Positions 28,035 to 37,479 of a DNA stretch of 61,822 nucleotides are shown one piece after another. Where the stretch lies: the IMG/VR virus record IMGVR_UViG_3300036832_000756, positions 1-61,822 of that record, one strand, 5' to 3'. A model generated the notes under the pieces. The model was not told the origin of the DNA, did not search any database, and worked only from the letters and a program-made list of their open reading frames with translations. Numbering within the stretch: the first letter of the stretch is position 1; every line of letters starts with the position of its first letter. A program made the position numbers and the translations under genes. The DNA comes from a virus. Lineage: Duplodnaviria > Caudoviricetes.

Positions 28035-30202
28035 CCGCCGTCCCGGTCCCCCGTCCTACCCCGGCGGTCGAGCTCCGGTTCCACCCCACCGACCTGGACG
28101 AGGGGACGCTGCGGGAGGCGCTGCGCCCCCTGGGCTCACCGAGCGAGGCGATCGAGGCCGCGCTGATGACGGCCCGGCTGATGGTGGTCACCCAGGCCAA
28201 GGCCGAGGTGGCTGCGCTGACCGGGGAGATGAGCGCGGCCAAGCTGATCGGAATCGCGGACCTGGCCTGGCAGGTCTATGCGCCCACCTTCCTGCGGTCG
28301 CTGGGCCCGGTCTTCGCCGAGGAGTACCTGCGCACGATGCGGGCGGCCGGGGCCGGGGACATCCCGATGGCCACGGTCTACGCCCTGGCCGAGCAGCACG
28401 CCGCCCGGATGGGCACCCACTTCCACGAGTCCTCCCGGGACGCGCTGGGGCAGGGGTTCAACACCTTCGTGAACCGGAGGATGACCGAGCGGGTGGCCGC
28501 CGACCGGGTGCTGGACGGCTACGGGCTGACCGCCCGGGGGATGGCCGGGTACACCTCGCGGTCGCTGGACAAGGCCAACACGGTCACCCCGCTGAAGCTG
28601 AAGGAGCGGGTGGGCGACTACATCGGCACCTCGGTCCGCCGGCGGTCCAGGCTCTTCGCCACCCAGGAGCAGCACAACATCAGCCAGCAGGCCCGGCAGG
28701 TCGCCTGGATGTGGATGCAGGACAAGGGCCAGATCACGGCGGGGGCGGAGAAGGTCTGGATCACCGCCCGCGACGAGCGGACCTGCGACCAGTGCGCGCC
28801 GATGCACGGGGTCCGGGTGCCGGTCACCGAGCGGTTCACGCTGCCCAACGGCACCCAGGTCTACGTGCCGGGGATGCACCCGAACTGCCGGTGCACCGCC
28901 GAGCTGCTGGACCACCCGTGGATGGCCACGGTGGACAAGCGGGGCGTGCTGAGCAAGGCCGAGACCTGGAACCCCAAGGAGCACCCGCGTGGCGGCGACT
29001 CGAGGAACCCCGGCCGGTTCAGCGCCAAGGCTCGCTCATCGCCAACCAGGCCACCGGTGACCGAGCAGCAGGACTACTCCGCGTTCCAGCGGTTCCTGGA
29101 CACCGCTGCAGAGCAGATCGAGGAGGAGGTCAAGCCCAAGGTGGTGATCGATGACCGGCCCAAGGTGGTGATCAGCGATCGTTCCCCGGTGGTGATCAAC
29201 GACCGCCCGCCCCCGGTGGTGGTCAACGACCGTCCTCAGAGGCTCACCATCAACGACCCGGCGGCCCCGAAGGAGAAGCTGACGATCACCAACGTCGCCG
29301 ACGAGCGGGTCAAGCCGGTCTTCCGGCCCAGCCCGAAGCAGCGGCTCCTGATCAACGAGGGCACCGCGAAGACGATCATCCGGGGCCTGGCTGAGGTGAA
29401 GGCCAAGCTGCCACCGCCGCCCAGCCGGCCGCACAAGGACACGATCAGGCTGGACGGACCCGGTGGTCCCGGGCCGGTGTACTACATCGCCACCCCGTAT
29501 GAGATGGCCGAGAGTGAGCACTACCGGGACGGCCTGATCGAGCTGAACACCGAGATGGAGTTCGGCCAGGAGCAGACCCATGGCGACGAGACCGGGGAGG
29601 ACGCGATGGCGCGAGCCGCCCGGGAGTACTTCAATGAGCAGTTGACCAGCGAGTCGGATGCGATGTGGGAGAACGAGGAGAACTACCTCGAGCGGACCGA
29701 CGAGCACGGCACATCGATCCGGGCGCTGATCCCCGAGGAACACCTCTACGACATCGTGGCGGCAGCAGCTTGGAACGACCCGGGCGGTCCGGGCGACGAC
29801 CACATGAGGATCGACTGGACGATCGACAGCCCCGGATCCTCATCGCACGGGGAGCCGGTGGCCACCGAGTACATGAGGTACTCCGAGGTCGCCCAGGAGA
29901 TGAAGCTGAGTCCTGAGTCCTTCGTGCTCAGCGTCCTGGTGCTCACCGAGGGTCACAACTCCGACCTGGGCAAGACCCGCCAGCTCGCCACCGGGACCAG
30001 GTACGGCGATGAGGTCTGGACCGGCACCGGTCTGTACCGGCTCGAGCCGATGACCGGGGTGATCCAGGAGGCCAACGGTCCCCCGATCCGGTTCATGCAT
30101 CTGGTTCCGGAGGGCATCGAGCCCTACGACGTGATCCCGCCGGGCTACGTCCCGCCCGAGGATGACGAGCCGACACCCGGCAGGCCGCCGTATGGGCTGT
30201 GA
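28031..30202 (+). CDS. MuF-like (SPP1 gp7-like) head morphogenesis protein with C-terminal extension
   Basis: KVWITARDERTCDQC...HPNCRC MuF signature. Confidence 0.85.
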   Translation: MTAVPVPRPTPAVELRFHPTDLDEGTLREALRPLGSPSEAIEAALMTARLMVVTQAKAEVAALTGEMSAAKLIGIADLAWQVYAPTFLRSLGPVFAEEYLRTMRAAGAGDIPMATVYALAEQHAARMGTHFHESSRDALGQGFNTFVNRRMTERVAADRVLDGYGLTARGMAGYTSRSLDKANTVTPLKLKERVGDYIGTSVRRRSRLFATQEQHNISQQARQVAWMWMQDKGQITAGAEKVWITARDERTCDQCAPMHGVRVPVTERFTLPNGTQVYVPGMHPNCRCTAELLDHPWMATVDKRGVLSKAETWNPKEHPRGGDSRNPGRFSAKARSSPTRPPVTEQQDYSAFQRFLDTAAEQIEEEVKPKVVIDDRPKVVISDRSPVVINDRPPPVVVNDRPQRLTINDPAAPKEKLTITNVADERVKPVFRPSPKQRLLINEGTAKTIIRGLAEVKAKLPPPPSRPHKDTIRLDGPGGPGPVYYIATPYEMAESEHYRDGLIELNTEMEFGQEQTHGDETGEDAMARAAREYFNEQLTSESDAMWENEENYLERTDEHGTSIRALIPEEHLYDIVAAAAWNDPGGPGDDHMRIDWTIDSPGSSSHGEPVATEYMRYSEVAQEMKLSPESFVLSVLVLTEGHNSDLGKTRQLATGTRYGDEVWTGTGLYRLEPMTGVIQEANGPPIRFMHLVPEGIEPYDVIPPGYVPPEDDEPTPGRPPYGL

Positions 30203-30228
30203 GTAGACCGGATCGGGATCATGAGGGT

Positions 30229-31335
30229 ATGAGCACCGACCAGGAGCTGTATGCCACCAACGAGACCTTCCGCGAGGTGGCCGACCTGTTGTTCGGCGGT
30301 GGCGGTGACCAGCTGCTGGCCGGCATCTCCAAGGCCAACCCGGGCCAGTCCGACCTGGCCACCAGCGACCGGAAGAAGCGCGCCCTCACCGCCGGGCTGA
30401 GTGCGGTCGGGGCCACCGCCGGCGCGGCCGGCCTGGGCTACGCCGCCCACAAGACCGGCGGGGCCTACCGGGCCGCCCGGTTCGGCGAGACCACGCTGAA
30501 GGCGGCGAAGACGGCCCGGGCCGCTGGGAACGCGGCCCCCAAGCTCCAGCCGGTGATGTCGCGACCACGTGCGGTCGGGCAGGCGATCAAGCACGAGAAG
30601 CTCGGCACCGCGCTGGTCCCGCTCGAGGTGGCCGGTCTGGGCGGCGAGATCATGTCCACCAAGATCCTGCACGGGGACACCAAGCGCAGCTCACCGAAGA
30701 AGCCGGTGATCAAGCGGCTGAAGGGTGGCGGCCTGGTCAGGAAGGACATCACCGAGATCCCCGAGGCCGGGCAGCTGCCCAGGACCAAGGGCCAGCTGAC
30801 CCGGGCCGTGGTGACCAACCCCAAGGTGCAGGCCAAGGGCCTGGAGTACACCAAGAAGGGAGCCGGCGCGCTGAAGAAGCTCCCGAGCAAGGTGAAGACG
30901 GTGAACACCTCCAAGCGGCTGGAGCCGGTCGATGTGGTCTGGTCCGGGGAGTTCGCCAAGGCTGACGCCGACAAGCAGCAGCTGTTCGGCTGGGCCTCGG
31001 TGGTCGAGGTGGACGGCGAGCCCGTGGTGGACCTGCAGGGCGACGTGATCACCGCCGAGGAGATGGAGAAGGCGGGCTACTCCTACGTGATGAAGTCCCG
31101 CAAGGGCGGGGACATGCACCTGCGGGACAACTGGGAGCCGATCCAGAAGTCGGAGATGATCGAGTCCTTCATCGTCACCGACGACAAGCGCCAGGCGATG
31201 GGGCTGCCGGACTCGGTGCCCACCGGCTGGTGGGTCGGGTTCCAGGTCCAGGACCCCCAGGTCTGGGCGGACGTGAAGGCCGGGAAGCGGACCGGGTTCT
31301 CCATCCATGGCACCGGCAAGAGGACTCCGGCATGA
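30229..31335 (+). CDS. XkdF-like prohead serine protease with Gly/Ala-rich basic N-terminal extension
   Basis: FGWASV, VDLQGD, GDMH, GWWVGF, TGFSIHG; leaderless -10 GATCAT favours ATG 30229 over 30199. Confidence 0.85.
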   Translation: MSTDQELYATNETFREVADLLFGGGGDQLLAGISKANPGQSDLATSDRKKRALTAGLSAVGATAGAAGLGYAAHKTGGAYRAARFGETTLKAAKTARAAGNAAPKLQPVMSRPRAVGQAIKHEKLGTALVPLEVAGLGGEIMSTKILHGDTKRSSPKKPVIKRLKGGGLVRKDITEIPEAGQLPRTKGQLTRAVVTNPKVQAKGLEYTKKGAGALKKLPSKVKTVNTSKRLEPVDVVWSGEFAKADADKQQLFGWASVVEVDGEPVVDLQGDVITAEEMEKAGYSYVMKSRKGGDMHLRDNWEPIQKSEMIESFIVTDDKRQAMGLPDSVPTGWWVGFQVQDPQVWADVKAGKRTGFSIHGTGKRTPA

Positions 31336-32183
31336 CCATCTCCAAGATGAGCGACACCGAGCTGCGGCACCGGCGCAAGGTCCAGGGCAACATCGCCCGG
31401 ACCACCTCGACCCTGGGCCTGAGCGGGCTCGGGATCACCGGGGCCGCCCTGGCGGCCCGGAAGTCTCCCGGCGCGCTGAAGGCGATGGGCAAGATCCCCA
31501 AGGTCGGCGCGAAGCTGGGCAAGGACCCGAAGATCGCCTCGGAGAAGCTGAAGAACACCGCCCTGACCACGGGCATCGTCTCCGGCGGCATCGGCGGTGT
31601 CGGCGGGTTCAACCAGGCCTCGATCTACTCAGCAGAGTCCAAGCGGAAGAGGAAGCCAGCCATGCCCGTTGCCAAGTCACGAGGGATCGAGCCCACCACC
31701 GCCGGCGAGGTCGGCGTGGCCAAGAACTACGAGGATCTGGTCAGGAAGGAGTGGTCGGCCAACGCCTCCAAGTTCGACTCCGAGCGCTCCCGGATGAAGC
31801 GCTCCCAGGGCTACGAGGACGTGGGCACCGCGGCCACCGGCGGCCTGGCGGCGGGTGCTGCGGTCAAGGGAGCCCAGGCCGGGCGCAAGATCATGGCGAA
31901 CCGAACCCCGGGCCAGCTGAAGGCCCGGCACCTGCCGTCGGTGAAGGCGGTCCAGGCCGGGCGCAAGGCGGCGGCGGTCAAGCACGGCAAGGTCGGGGCC
32001 GGGCTGCTGGCCGCCTCCACGGCCACCGGAGCGGCCACGCTCGCGGTGAAGAACCGGAACAAGTCCAAGTCCTGGTCCCCCTACTCCAAGCGGGACACGA
32101 CCAGCGCGTTCGGGGTGGACCACGAGCCGGTAGCCAAGGTGTTCAAGGCGATGAGTGGACACCACCGTGAGACTGATCAGTAG
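31332..32183 (+). CDS. SAFG-tag basic Gly/Ala-rich protein 2 (tag at C-terminus)
   Basis: ATGA overlap; four hydrophobic Gly/Ala segments; C-terminal SAFGVDHEPVAK. Confidence 0.78.
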   Translation: MTISKMSDTELRHRRKVQGNIARTTSTLGLSGLGITGAALAARKSPGALKAMGKIPKVGAKLGKDPKIASEKLKNTALTTGIVSGGIGGVGGFNQASIYSAESKRKRKPAMPVAKSRGIEPTTAGEVGVAKNYEDLVRKEWSANASKFDSERSRMKRSQGYEDVGTAATGGLAAGAAVKGAQAGRKIMANRTPGQLKARHLPSVKAVQAGRKAAAVKHGKVGAGLLAASTATGAATLAVKNRNKSKSWSPYSKRDTTSAFGVDHEPVAKVFKAMSGHHRETDQ

Positions 32184-32194
32184 AGGTTGATGAC

Positions 32195-33007
32195 ATGCCA
32201 CGACGGAACAACTTGACCGACATGGAGATCGATGAGATCTCCACGGTTGACAAGACCGCGAACCAGCTCTCGAGGTTCGTCATCGCGAAGCGGGCTCCTG
32301 AGGAGGATGAGATGCCCCAGATCTACAACCAGCAGGGTCAGCCGCTGAAGGAGGACGACCTGGAGTTCGGCGACATCGTGTTCGATGACGACGGACAGGC
32401 CTACGAGTACGTCGAGGACGCCGGTGAGGAGATCCCGGAGGAGGAGCGACAGGAGGAGATGGCTGCCGTCGGCAAGTCCGCCTTCTTCGAGCCCGGTCAG
32501 CCCAGCCAGGGCACGTTCGCGGCCTCGGTGATGGAGGAGCTCTCCAAGGCCTTCAGCGACGACGACCGGGACAAGGTGATCGCCAAGGCGCTCGGCCGGG
32601 TCGAGGAGCTGGAGAAGGCGCAGAACGAGGCGGCCAGGATCGCCAAGTCCGAGCGCGACCTCCGCCTGACCCGTGAGTACGTCTCCAAGGCCGCGGAGTA
32701 CAACCTGCCCGTCGCGCCCGACGAGCTCGGCCCGGTGCTCTACCGGATGGCCGAGACGATGAGCTACGACGACTGCGCCGTGATCGCCAAGTGCCTGGAG
32801 ACCGCCGGCAACATCCTCTACGAGGAGGTCGGCTACCAGGGCGGCGGCGACAACTCCGACATCTACTCCCAGGTCGAGGCCCACGCTCTCGACACGTTCG
32901 GCAAGGCCGAGGACTTCAACCAGGTCGATGCCATCAACAAGGTGTTCGACGCCAACCCGGACGCCTACGACGAGTACCTGGCCGCGCAGCGCATGAACGG
33001 TCGATGA
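32195..33007 (+). CDS. capsid scaffolding protein (N-terminal protease-strand motif)
   Basis: Acidic and helical, precedes decoration/MCP; EISTVDKTAN N-motif; many hydrophobic-x-K sites. Confidence 0.78.
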   Translation: MPRRNNLTDMEIDEISTVDKTANQLSRFVIAKRAPEEDEMPQIYNQQGQPLKEDDLEFGDIVFDDDGQAYEYVEDAGEEIPEEERQEEMAAVGKSAFFEPGQPSQGTFAASVMEELSKAFSDDDRDKVIAKALGRVEELEKAQNEAARIAKSERDLRLTREYVSKAAEYNLPVAPDELGPVLYRMAETMSYDDCAVIAKCLETAGNILYEEVGYQGGGDNSDIYSQVEAHALDTFGKAEDFNQVDAINKVFDANPDAYDEYLAAQRMNGR

Positions 33008-33026
33008 GGAAAGGTAGGGAAGCTCG

Positions 33027-33428
33027 ATGGCTTACGAGGAGAGCCTGCGGTCGATCACGCTGAATGCGGATTCGTCCATCGGCATCTACACGGGCGTACC
33101 GGGTGCACCGGGCTCCCCGGACCCGCACGGAGGCAAGCAGTACCACTTCGTGAAGGTGACCGGAGTCCATCAGTGCGGGCTGGGCGACGGAACCGGACCC
33201 TGTATCGGGGTGCTGCAGAACAAGCCCCAGGGACCAGGCCAGGCTGCCACGGTGGGATTCCACGGTGTCTCCAAGGTGGTCTGCGACGTGCCGGTCACTG
33301 CCGGGACCAAGATCCAGGTCAGTGCCGACGGCCAGGCCACCGGAGCCGGTGCCACCGCTGTCGTCGGCATCGCACTGTCCACCACCGTCAACGCTGGAGA
33401 ACTCGTCAACGTTCTCCTGACGATCTGA
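33027..33428 (+). CDS. capsid decoration/cement protein
   Basis: GVLQNKP...GVSKV...VVGIAL...GELVNVLL; between scaffold and MCP. Confidence 0.78.
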   Translation: MAYEESLRSITLNADSSIGIYTGVPGAPGSPDPHGGKQYHFVKVTGVHQCGLGDGTGPCIGVLQNKPQGPGQAATVGFHGVSKVVCDVPVTAGTKIQVSADGQATGAGATAVVGIALSTTVNAGELVNVLLTI

Positions 33429-33441
33429 GAGGAGAGAAGCC

Positions 33442-34440
33442 ATGCCGAACCCCACTCAGAGCGATCTCCACGTCAACGTGCCGCTGACCAACATCAGCAT
33501 CGCCTACATGCAGGACAAGGCGACGTTCATCGCGGACAAGGTGTTCCCGCGGGTGCCGGTCCAGAAGCAGTCGGACATGTACTGGAAGTACTCCAAGTCC
33601 GACTGGCGCAGGACCGACGCGCAGAAGCGCGCGCCGGGCACCGAGTCGGCTGGTGTCGGCTGGAAGCTCGACACCGGGCAGTACTTCGCCGAGGTCTGGG
33701 CCGTCCACAAGGACATCGATGACCAGGTGCGGGCCAACGCCGACAGCAACTGGCGGCTGGACTCCGACGCCACCGCCTTCGTCACCAACCAGCTCCTGCT
33801 CCGCCGGGACCTGGACTGGAACGACAAGTTCTTCAAGCCCGGCCAGTGGGGCACCGACCTCACCGGCGTGACCGGGACCGTGGCCGCGGGGCAGTTCCTG
33901 CAGTGGAGCGACCCGAACTCCGACCCGATCGTGCAGCTGACCGACCTGCAGACCAACTTCGTGGAGCAGTCCGGCCGCAAGGCCAACACGCTGGTCCTCG
34001 GAGCCCGGACGGTCACCCAGCTGAAGAACCACCCGGACATCATCGACCGGATCAAGTACACGCAGAAGGGCGTGGTCACCACCGACCTGCTCGCCTCGCT
34101 GTTCGACGTGGAGAAGATCCTGGTCTCCTACGCCTCGGTGTCCGACGTGTCCGAGATCAACGACGCCAAGGCCCAGGACGCCGCGGCGACGTACCGGTTC
34201 ATGTCCAACTCCAAGTCGGCGCTGCTCTGCTACACCCCGAGCTCGCCGTCGCTGATGACTCCCGCCGCGGGGTACACCTTCACCTGGAACGGCTACCTGG
34301 CCGGCAACTCCTTCGGGATCCGGATGAAGAACTTCCGGATGGAGTGGATCGAGGCAGACCGCATCGAGGGCGAGATGACCTACGACATGCGGGTCATCGC
34401 CAAGGACATGGGCATCTTCATGGCCAGCTGCGTGGCATAG
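33442..34440 (+). CDS. major capsid protein
   Basis: PLTNISIAY, FIADKVFPRVPV, HPDIIDRIKY; strong RBS; position. Confidence 0.9.
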   Translation: MPNPTQSDLHVNVPLTNISIAYMQDKATFIADKVFPRVPVQKQSDMYWKYSKSDWRRTDAQKRAPGTESAGVGWKLDTGQYFAEVWAVHKDIDDQVRANADSNWRLDSDATAFVTNQLLLRRDLDWNDKFFKPGQWGTDLTGVTGTVAAGQFLQWSDPNSDPIVQLTDLQTNFVEQSGRKANTLVLGARTVTQLKNHPDIIDRIKYTQKGVVTTDLLASLFDVEKILVSYASVSDVSEINDAKAQDAAATYRFMSNSKSALLCYTPSSPSLMTPAAGYTFTWNGYLAGNSFGIRMKNFRMEWIEADRIEGEMTYDMRVIAKDMGIFMASCVA

Positions 34441-34453
34441 CGCAGACTGGTTC

Positions 34454-34490
34454 GAGGTGGGTCGTGGGTATGACCCGCGGCCCATCTCTT
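34454..34490 (+). terminator. hairpin after the major capsid gene
   Basis: GAGGTGGGTCGTGGGT-ATG-ACCCGCGGCCCATCTC-TT; 16-bp stem with G-U pairs on the + strand. Confidence 0.65.
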
Positions 34491-34504
34491 ACGTAGGAGG
34501 ACCG

Positions 34505-34849
34505 ATGTACTCAGCGTTCGGAGTGGACCACGGCGAGGGCATCTCCAAGCTCAGCCAGGAGACCAAGGCCGGCATCCTGGGCCCGATCTACACCGCGGGA
34601 GCAGCGAAGCAGGGCAAGGGCGGGGCGGCCTACCGCACCCAGTACGGGCATGGTCTGGCCGGAGCCGCAGTGGGAGGTGGGGCCGGGGCCGGTATCGGAG
34701 CACTGGCCGGACGTGCTGCGGGCAAGGGCAAGGCCGGGCTCGGGGCCGCCATCGGTGGCGGGGCGCTGAGCGCCGTCGGCAGCTTCCACGGCAACAAGGC
34801 CGGGTACAAGGCAGCGAAGAAGAAGGGCTACCTCAGGGAGGGAAGCTGA
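34505..34849 (+). CDS. SAFG-tag glycine-zipper protein 3
   Basis: AGGAGG RBS; MYSAFGVDHGEGISK; GAAVGGGAGAGIGALAG zipper. Confidence 0.8.
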   Translation: MYSAFGVDHGEGISKLSQETKAGILGPIYTAGAAKQGKGGAAYRTQYGHGLAGAAVGGGAGAGIGALAGRAAGKGKAGLGAAIGGGALSAVGSFHGNKAGYKAAKKKGYLREGS

Positions 34850-35421
34850 TGGGAAGTCCACTGCTCAGCAACGACCGAGTTGGCTTCGTGGTCTCCAAGC
34901 CGTTCACCTCCCGCGAGAAGGAGTACGCGGTCGGGGACGACTTCGACCAGACCGACGCCCGCAACATCGAGGTCCTGGTCCGGGCCCGGTACGTGATCCC
35001 GGTGGTGGAGGACCTCAAGGACCGGCCGAAGTACTGGTACAAGGAGGTCCGGCTGAAGTCCGACGTGCTGGCCCGGCTGTTCCGGGAGAACGTCCAGCTG
35101 CGGATGCACCACGAGCCGGACTCCGACGACGTGGTGAACATGGAGCGGCTGGTCCGCCCGGAGACCACCCCGACTGCGGAGGAGCTGGCCCAGGAGAACG
35201 GGACCTCCGAGGAGAACGACGAGAGCACCTCGGAGGCGATGGCCGAGCAGCAGGAGGAGGCTGCGGCAGCCTCTGAGTCGGTGCACACCGAGACCTACGA
35301 CCCGACCTACCACACGGTGAACGAGGTCAACGCCTACCTGGCCTCGCATCCCGAGGAGCGTGAGCGGGTGCTCGAGGTCGAGCAGGCCGGCAAGGCGCGG
35401 AAGGGGATCCTGGAGTCATGA
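34849..35421 (+). CDS. hypothetical virion-associated protein
   Basis: TGATG coupling; C-terminal YDP..HTVNEVNAYL...VLEVEQAGKARKGIL domain. Confidence 0.72.
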   Translation: MGSPLLSNDRVGFVVSKPFTSREKEYAVGDDFDQTDARNIEVLVRARYVIPVVEDLKDRPKYWYKEVRLKSDVLARLFRENVQLRMHHEPDSDDVVNMERLVRPETTPTAEELAQENGTSEENDESTSEAMAEQQEEAAAASESVHTETYDPTYHTVNEVNAYLASHPEERERVLEVEQAGKARKGILES

Positions 35422-35807
35422 GAAGCGCGTTCGGGGTCGAGCACGACTACTCCGAGGTCGAGAAGGCCAACCCGTTGGCGGCCCTGCGTACCTTCGGAGC
35501 CACTGCCCGGAGCACAAGCGCCGGCGTCGGAACAGCGATCGGTGCTGCTACCCATAAGGCCGGCGGTGCCCTCGTCGGCCGGAGTGCCAATGTGGGAGCC
35601 AAGCTCCGGGCCCGGCCCGGGGTAGCCAACTTCGGCCGGTCGGCCGGAGTGGGTGCGGCCGGGCTCGGACAGCGCGGCGGTGGTGGGCTGAAGCGTCTGG
35701 GCGGAGGGATGATGAAACGTCCTGGCCTGACCGGCGGAGCTGCCATCGGTGGAGTGGCTGCGGCACCCACCGCCTACGGCGTGTCCAGTACCCGTCGGCG
35801 GTCCTGA
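35418..35807 (+). CDS. SAFG-tag basic Gly/Ala-rich protein 4
   Basis: MRSAFGVEHDYSEVEK leader, then a Gly/Ala/Arg-rich body with no acidic residues. Confidence 0.78.
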   Translation: MRSAFGVEHDYSEVEKANPLAALRTFGATARSTSAGVGTAIGAATHKAGGALVGRSANVGAKLRARPGVANFGRSAGVGAAGLGQRGGGGLKRLGGGMMKRPGLTGGAAIGGVAAAPTAYGVSSTRRRS

Positions 35808-35810
35808 GCG

Positions 35811-36326
35811 ATGGCCGGCACCTACTCCTACGACGGGGCCGGGACCACCGACAAGGACACCCTGCGGTTCCTGATCCAGGACACCGACCCCCATGCCGTC
35901 GGGGAGTGGCAGGTCACCAACGAGGAGGTCCAGTGGGCCTACGACACCTGGTTCCCGGTCCAGCCGTCGCTGTACTACGTGGCGGCGACGCTCGCTGATA
36001 CCATCGCGGCGCGTTACGCACGCGAGGCGTCCTACTCGGCCGACGGGGTGAGCATCTCGCTCGGTCCGGTCGGGGATCAGTATCGGGCGCTGGCTGCCTC
36101 CCTGCGAGAGCAGCACAAGGCGCTGCTCGTCGGGGGCATCCCCGATGTCGGCGGGATGACCCCCGGCGAGCAGCTGGAGCCGGACACCAAGCCCTTCTCC
36201 TTCGGCAAGGGCATGCACGACGACATCGAGGCCGGTCGCCAGGACTACGGCGGGATCTACCCGCCCGACGCCTACTACCTCAACCCGGCCGGCGTGCCCG
36301 ACTACGAACGGATCGTGGAGCCATGA
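35811..36326 (+). CDS. head-to-tail adaptor
   Basis: DTLRFLIQDTD...YYVAA...SISL..QYRALA pattern. Confidence 0.78.
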   Translation: MAGTYSYDGAGTTDKDTLRFLIQDTDPHAVGEWQVTNEEVQWAYDTWFPVQPSLYYVAATLADTIAARYAREASYSADGVSISLGPVGDQYRALAASLREQHKALLVGGIPDVGGMTPGEQLEPDTKPFSFGKGMHDDIEAGRQDYGGIYPPDAYYLNPAGVPDYERIVEP

Positions 36327-37036
36327 ACGATGGACTCTCGGCTTTCGGTGTGGACCACGGCGGGGTCTCCAAGCGCGACGACGAGCGCGCCAAGCACTAC
36401 GGCCGGATGGCGGCGGCCACCGGCACCCTGGGTGGTACGGCCGCCGCCGTCGGTGCCGGAGCCGGCGCGATCGGGCTGGCCGAGTCCAAGGGCCACGACC
36501 CGGTGGGGTTCCTGCCGCAGCGCTCGGCACGGCACAAGCCGGCCAGCCACGCAGTGAAGATGCGGGTGCTCAAGCCGCTGTCTCGCGACCACGGCAGGCA
36601 GGCCGCCGTCCTGGGCGGGCTGAGCGCGGGCACCCTGGCCATCTCCGGTGCCTACAAGCACAAGCAGAACAAGGCACTGGCCAAACGCGACCTGGGGCGC
36701 AAGGCGACCGACGCCGGGCTGGCCGCGGGCACGACCGGGGCGGCCGGAGCCACCGGGTACTACGGGGTGCGCCAGGGCAAGGTGTACGCCCAGGGTGCCT
36801 ACGCCGGTGGCAAGACGGCCTCCTACGCCCATCACGACATCCGCAGCGCCAAGCAGGGCCGGTACAAGGCCACCGCCGCCCATCTGGCGCACCTGAAGAG
36901 CACCCGGAACACCGGTCTGCGGATGGCGGCCACCAAGGGCGCGGGCGCGGTCGGCACCGGGGTCGCCGGTGCTGCCGGTGCCGCGGGCCTGTTCGAGCTG
37001 GGCCGGAACGCAGCGAGGAAACGGAAGCCGTCGTGA
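36323..37036 (+). CDS. SAFG-tag basic Gly/Ala-rich protein 5 (two modules)
   Basis: MNDGLSAFGVDHGGVSK-RD; internal LAK-RD; four hydrophobic segments. Confidence 0.78.
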   Translation: MNDGLSAFGVDHGGVSKRDDERAKHYGRMAAATGTLGGTAAAVGAGAGAIGLAESKGHDPVGFLPQRSARHKPASHAVKMRVLKPLSRDHGRQAAVLGGLSAGTLAISGAYKHKQNKALAKRDLGRKATDAGLAAGTTGAAGATGYYGVRQGKVYAQGAYAGGKTASYAHHDIRSAKQGRYKATAAHLAHLKSTRNTGLRMAATKGAGAVGTGVAGAAGAAGLFELGRNAARKRKPS

Positions 37037-37479
37037 GCGAGCTGAACGACCTGCTGGCCCTGCTCCCGGACAACAGCAGCGGGGAGATCAGCGCTGCCGA
37101 CCTGCGCACCATCGTCACCGAGCTGTACAACGACGCGAACTCGGTCTTCAACCAGTACGCCTACAAGTGGGACTCCGGCACCACTCCGGCCTCCGGCAAG
37201 CTCAACCTGGCGGCGTGGACTGCCGACACCGACACCACCCTGTACATCAACGATGTCAGCGCCGGCAGCATCGCGCTTCCCTTCGGGTTGGTGGACACCG
37301 ACCCGAAGTTCACGCTGGCCCGTGACGACGGCACCGCCAAGGCCAGCGGCACGGTGATCGGCCCTTCGGTGCCACACAGCGGCTACCACGAGGTGCCTGT
37401 GCATCTGGACACCACCACCGGGACCTCCCCGACCAACAACACTCCGCTCACGCTCTCACTGATGGTGACGTTGACATGA
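37033..37479 (+). CDS. hypothetical virion protein
   Basis: LLALLPDNSSGEISAADLR N-terminal motif; GTGA overlap. Confidence 0.7.
   Translation: MSELNDLLALLPDNSSGEISAADLRTIVTELYNDANSVFNQYAYKWDSGTTPASGKLNLAAWTADTDTTLYINDVSAGSIALPFGLVDTDPKFTLARDDGTAKASGTVIGPSVPHSGYHEVPVHLDTTTGTSPTNNTPLTLSLMVTLT

Noticed and set aside
32470-32495. VGK-SAFFEP in the scaffold as a seventh SAFG tag
   Set aside because: Only 3 residues match, and it lacks G[VI][DE]H.
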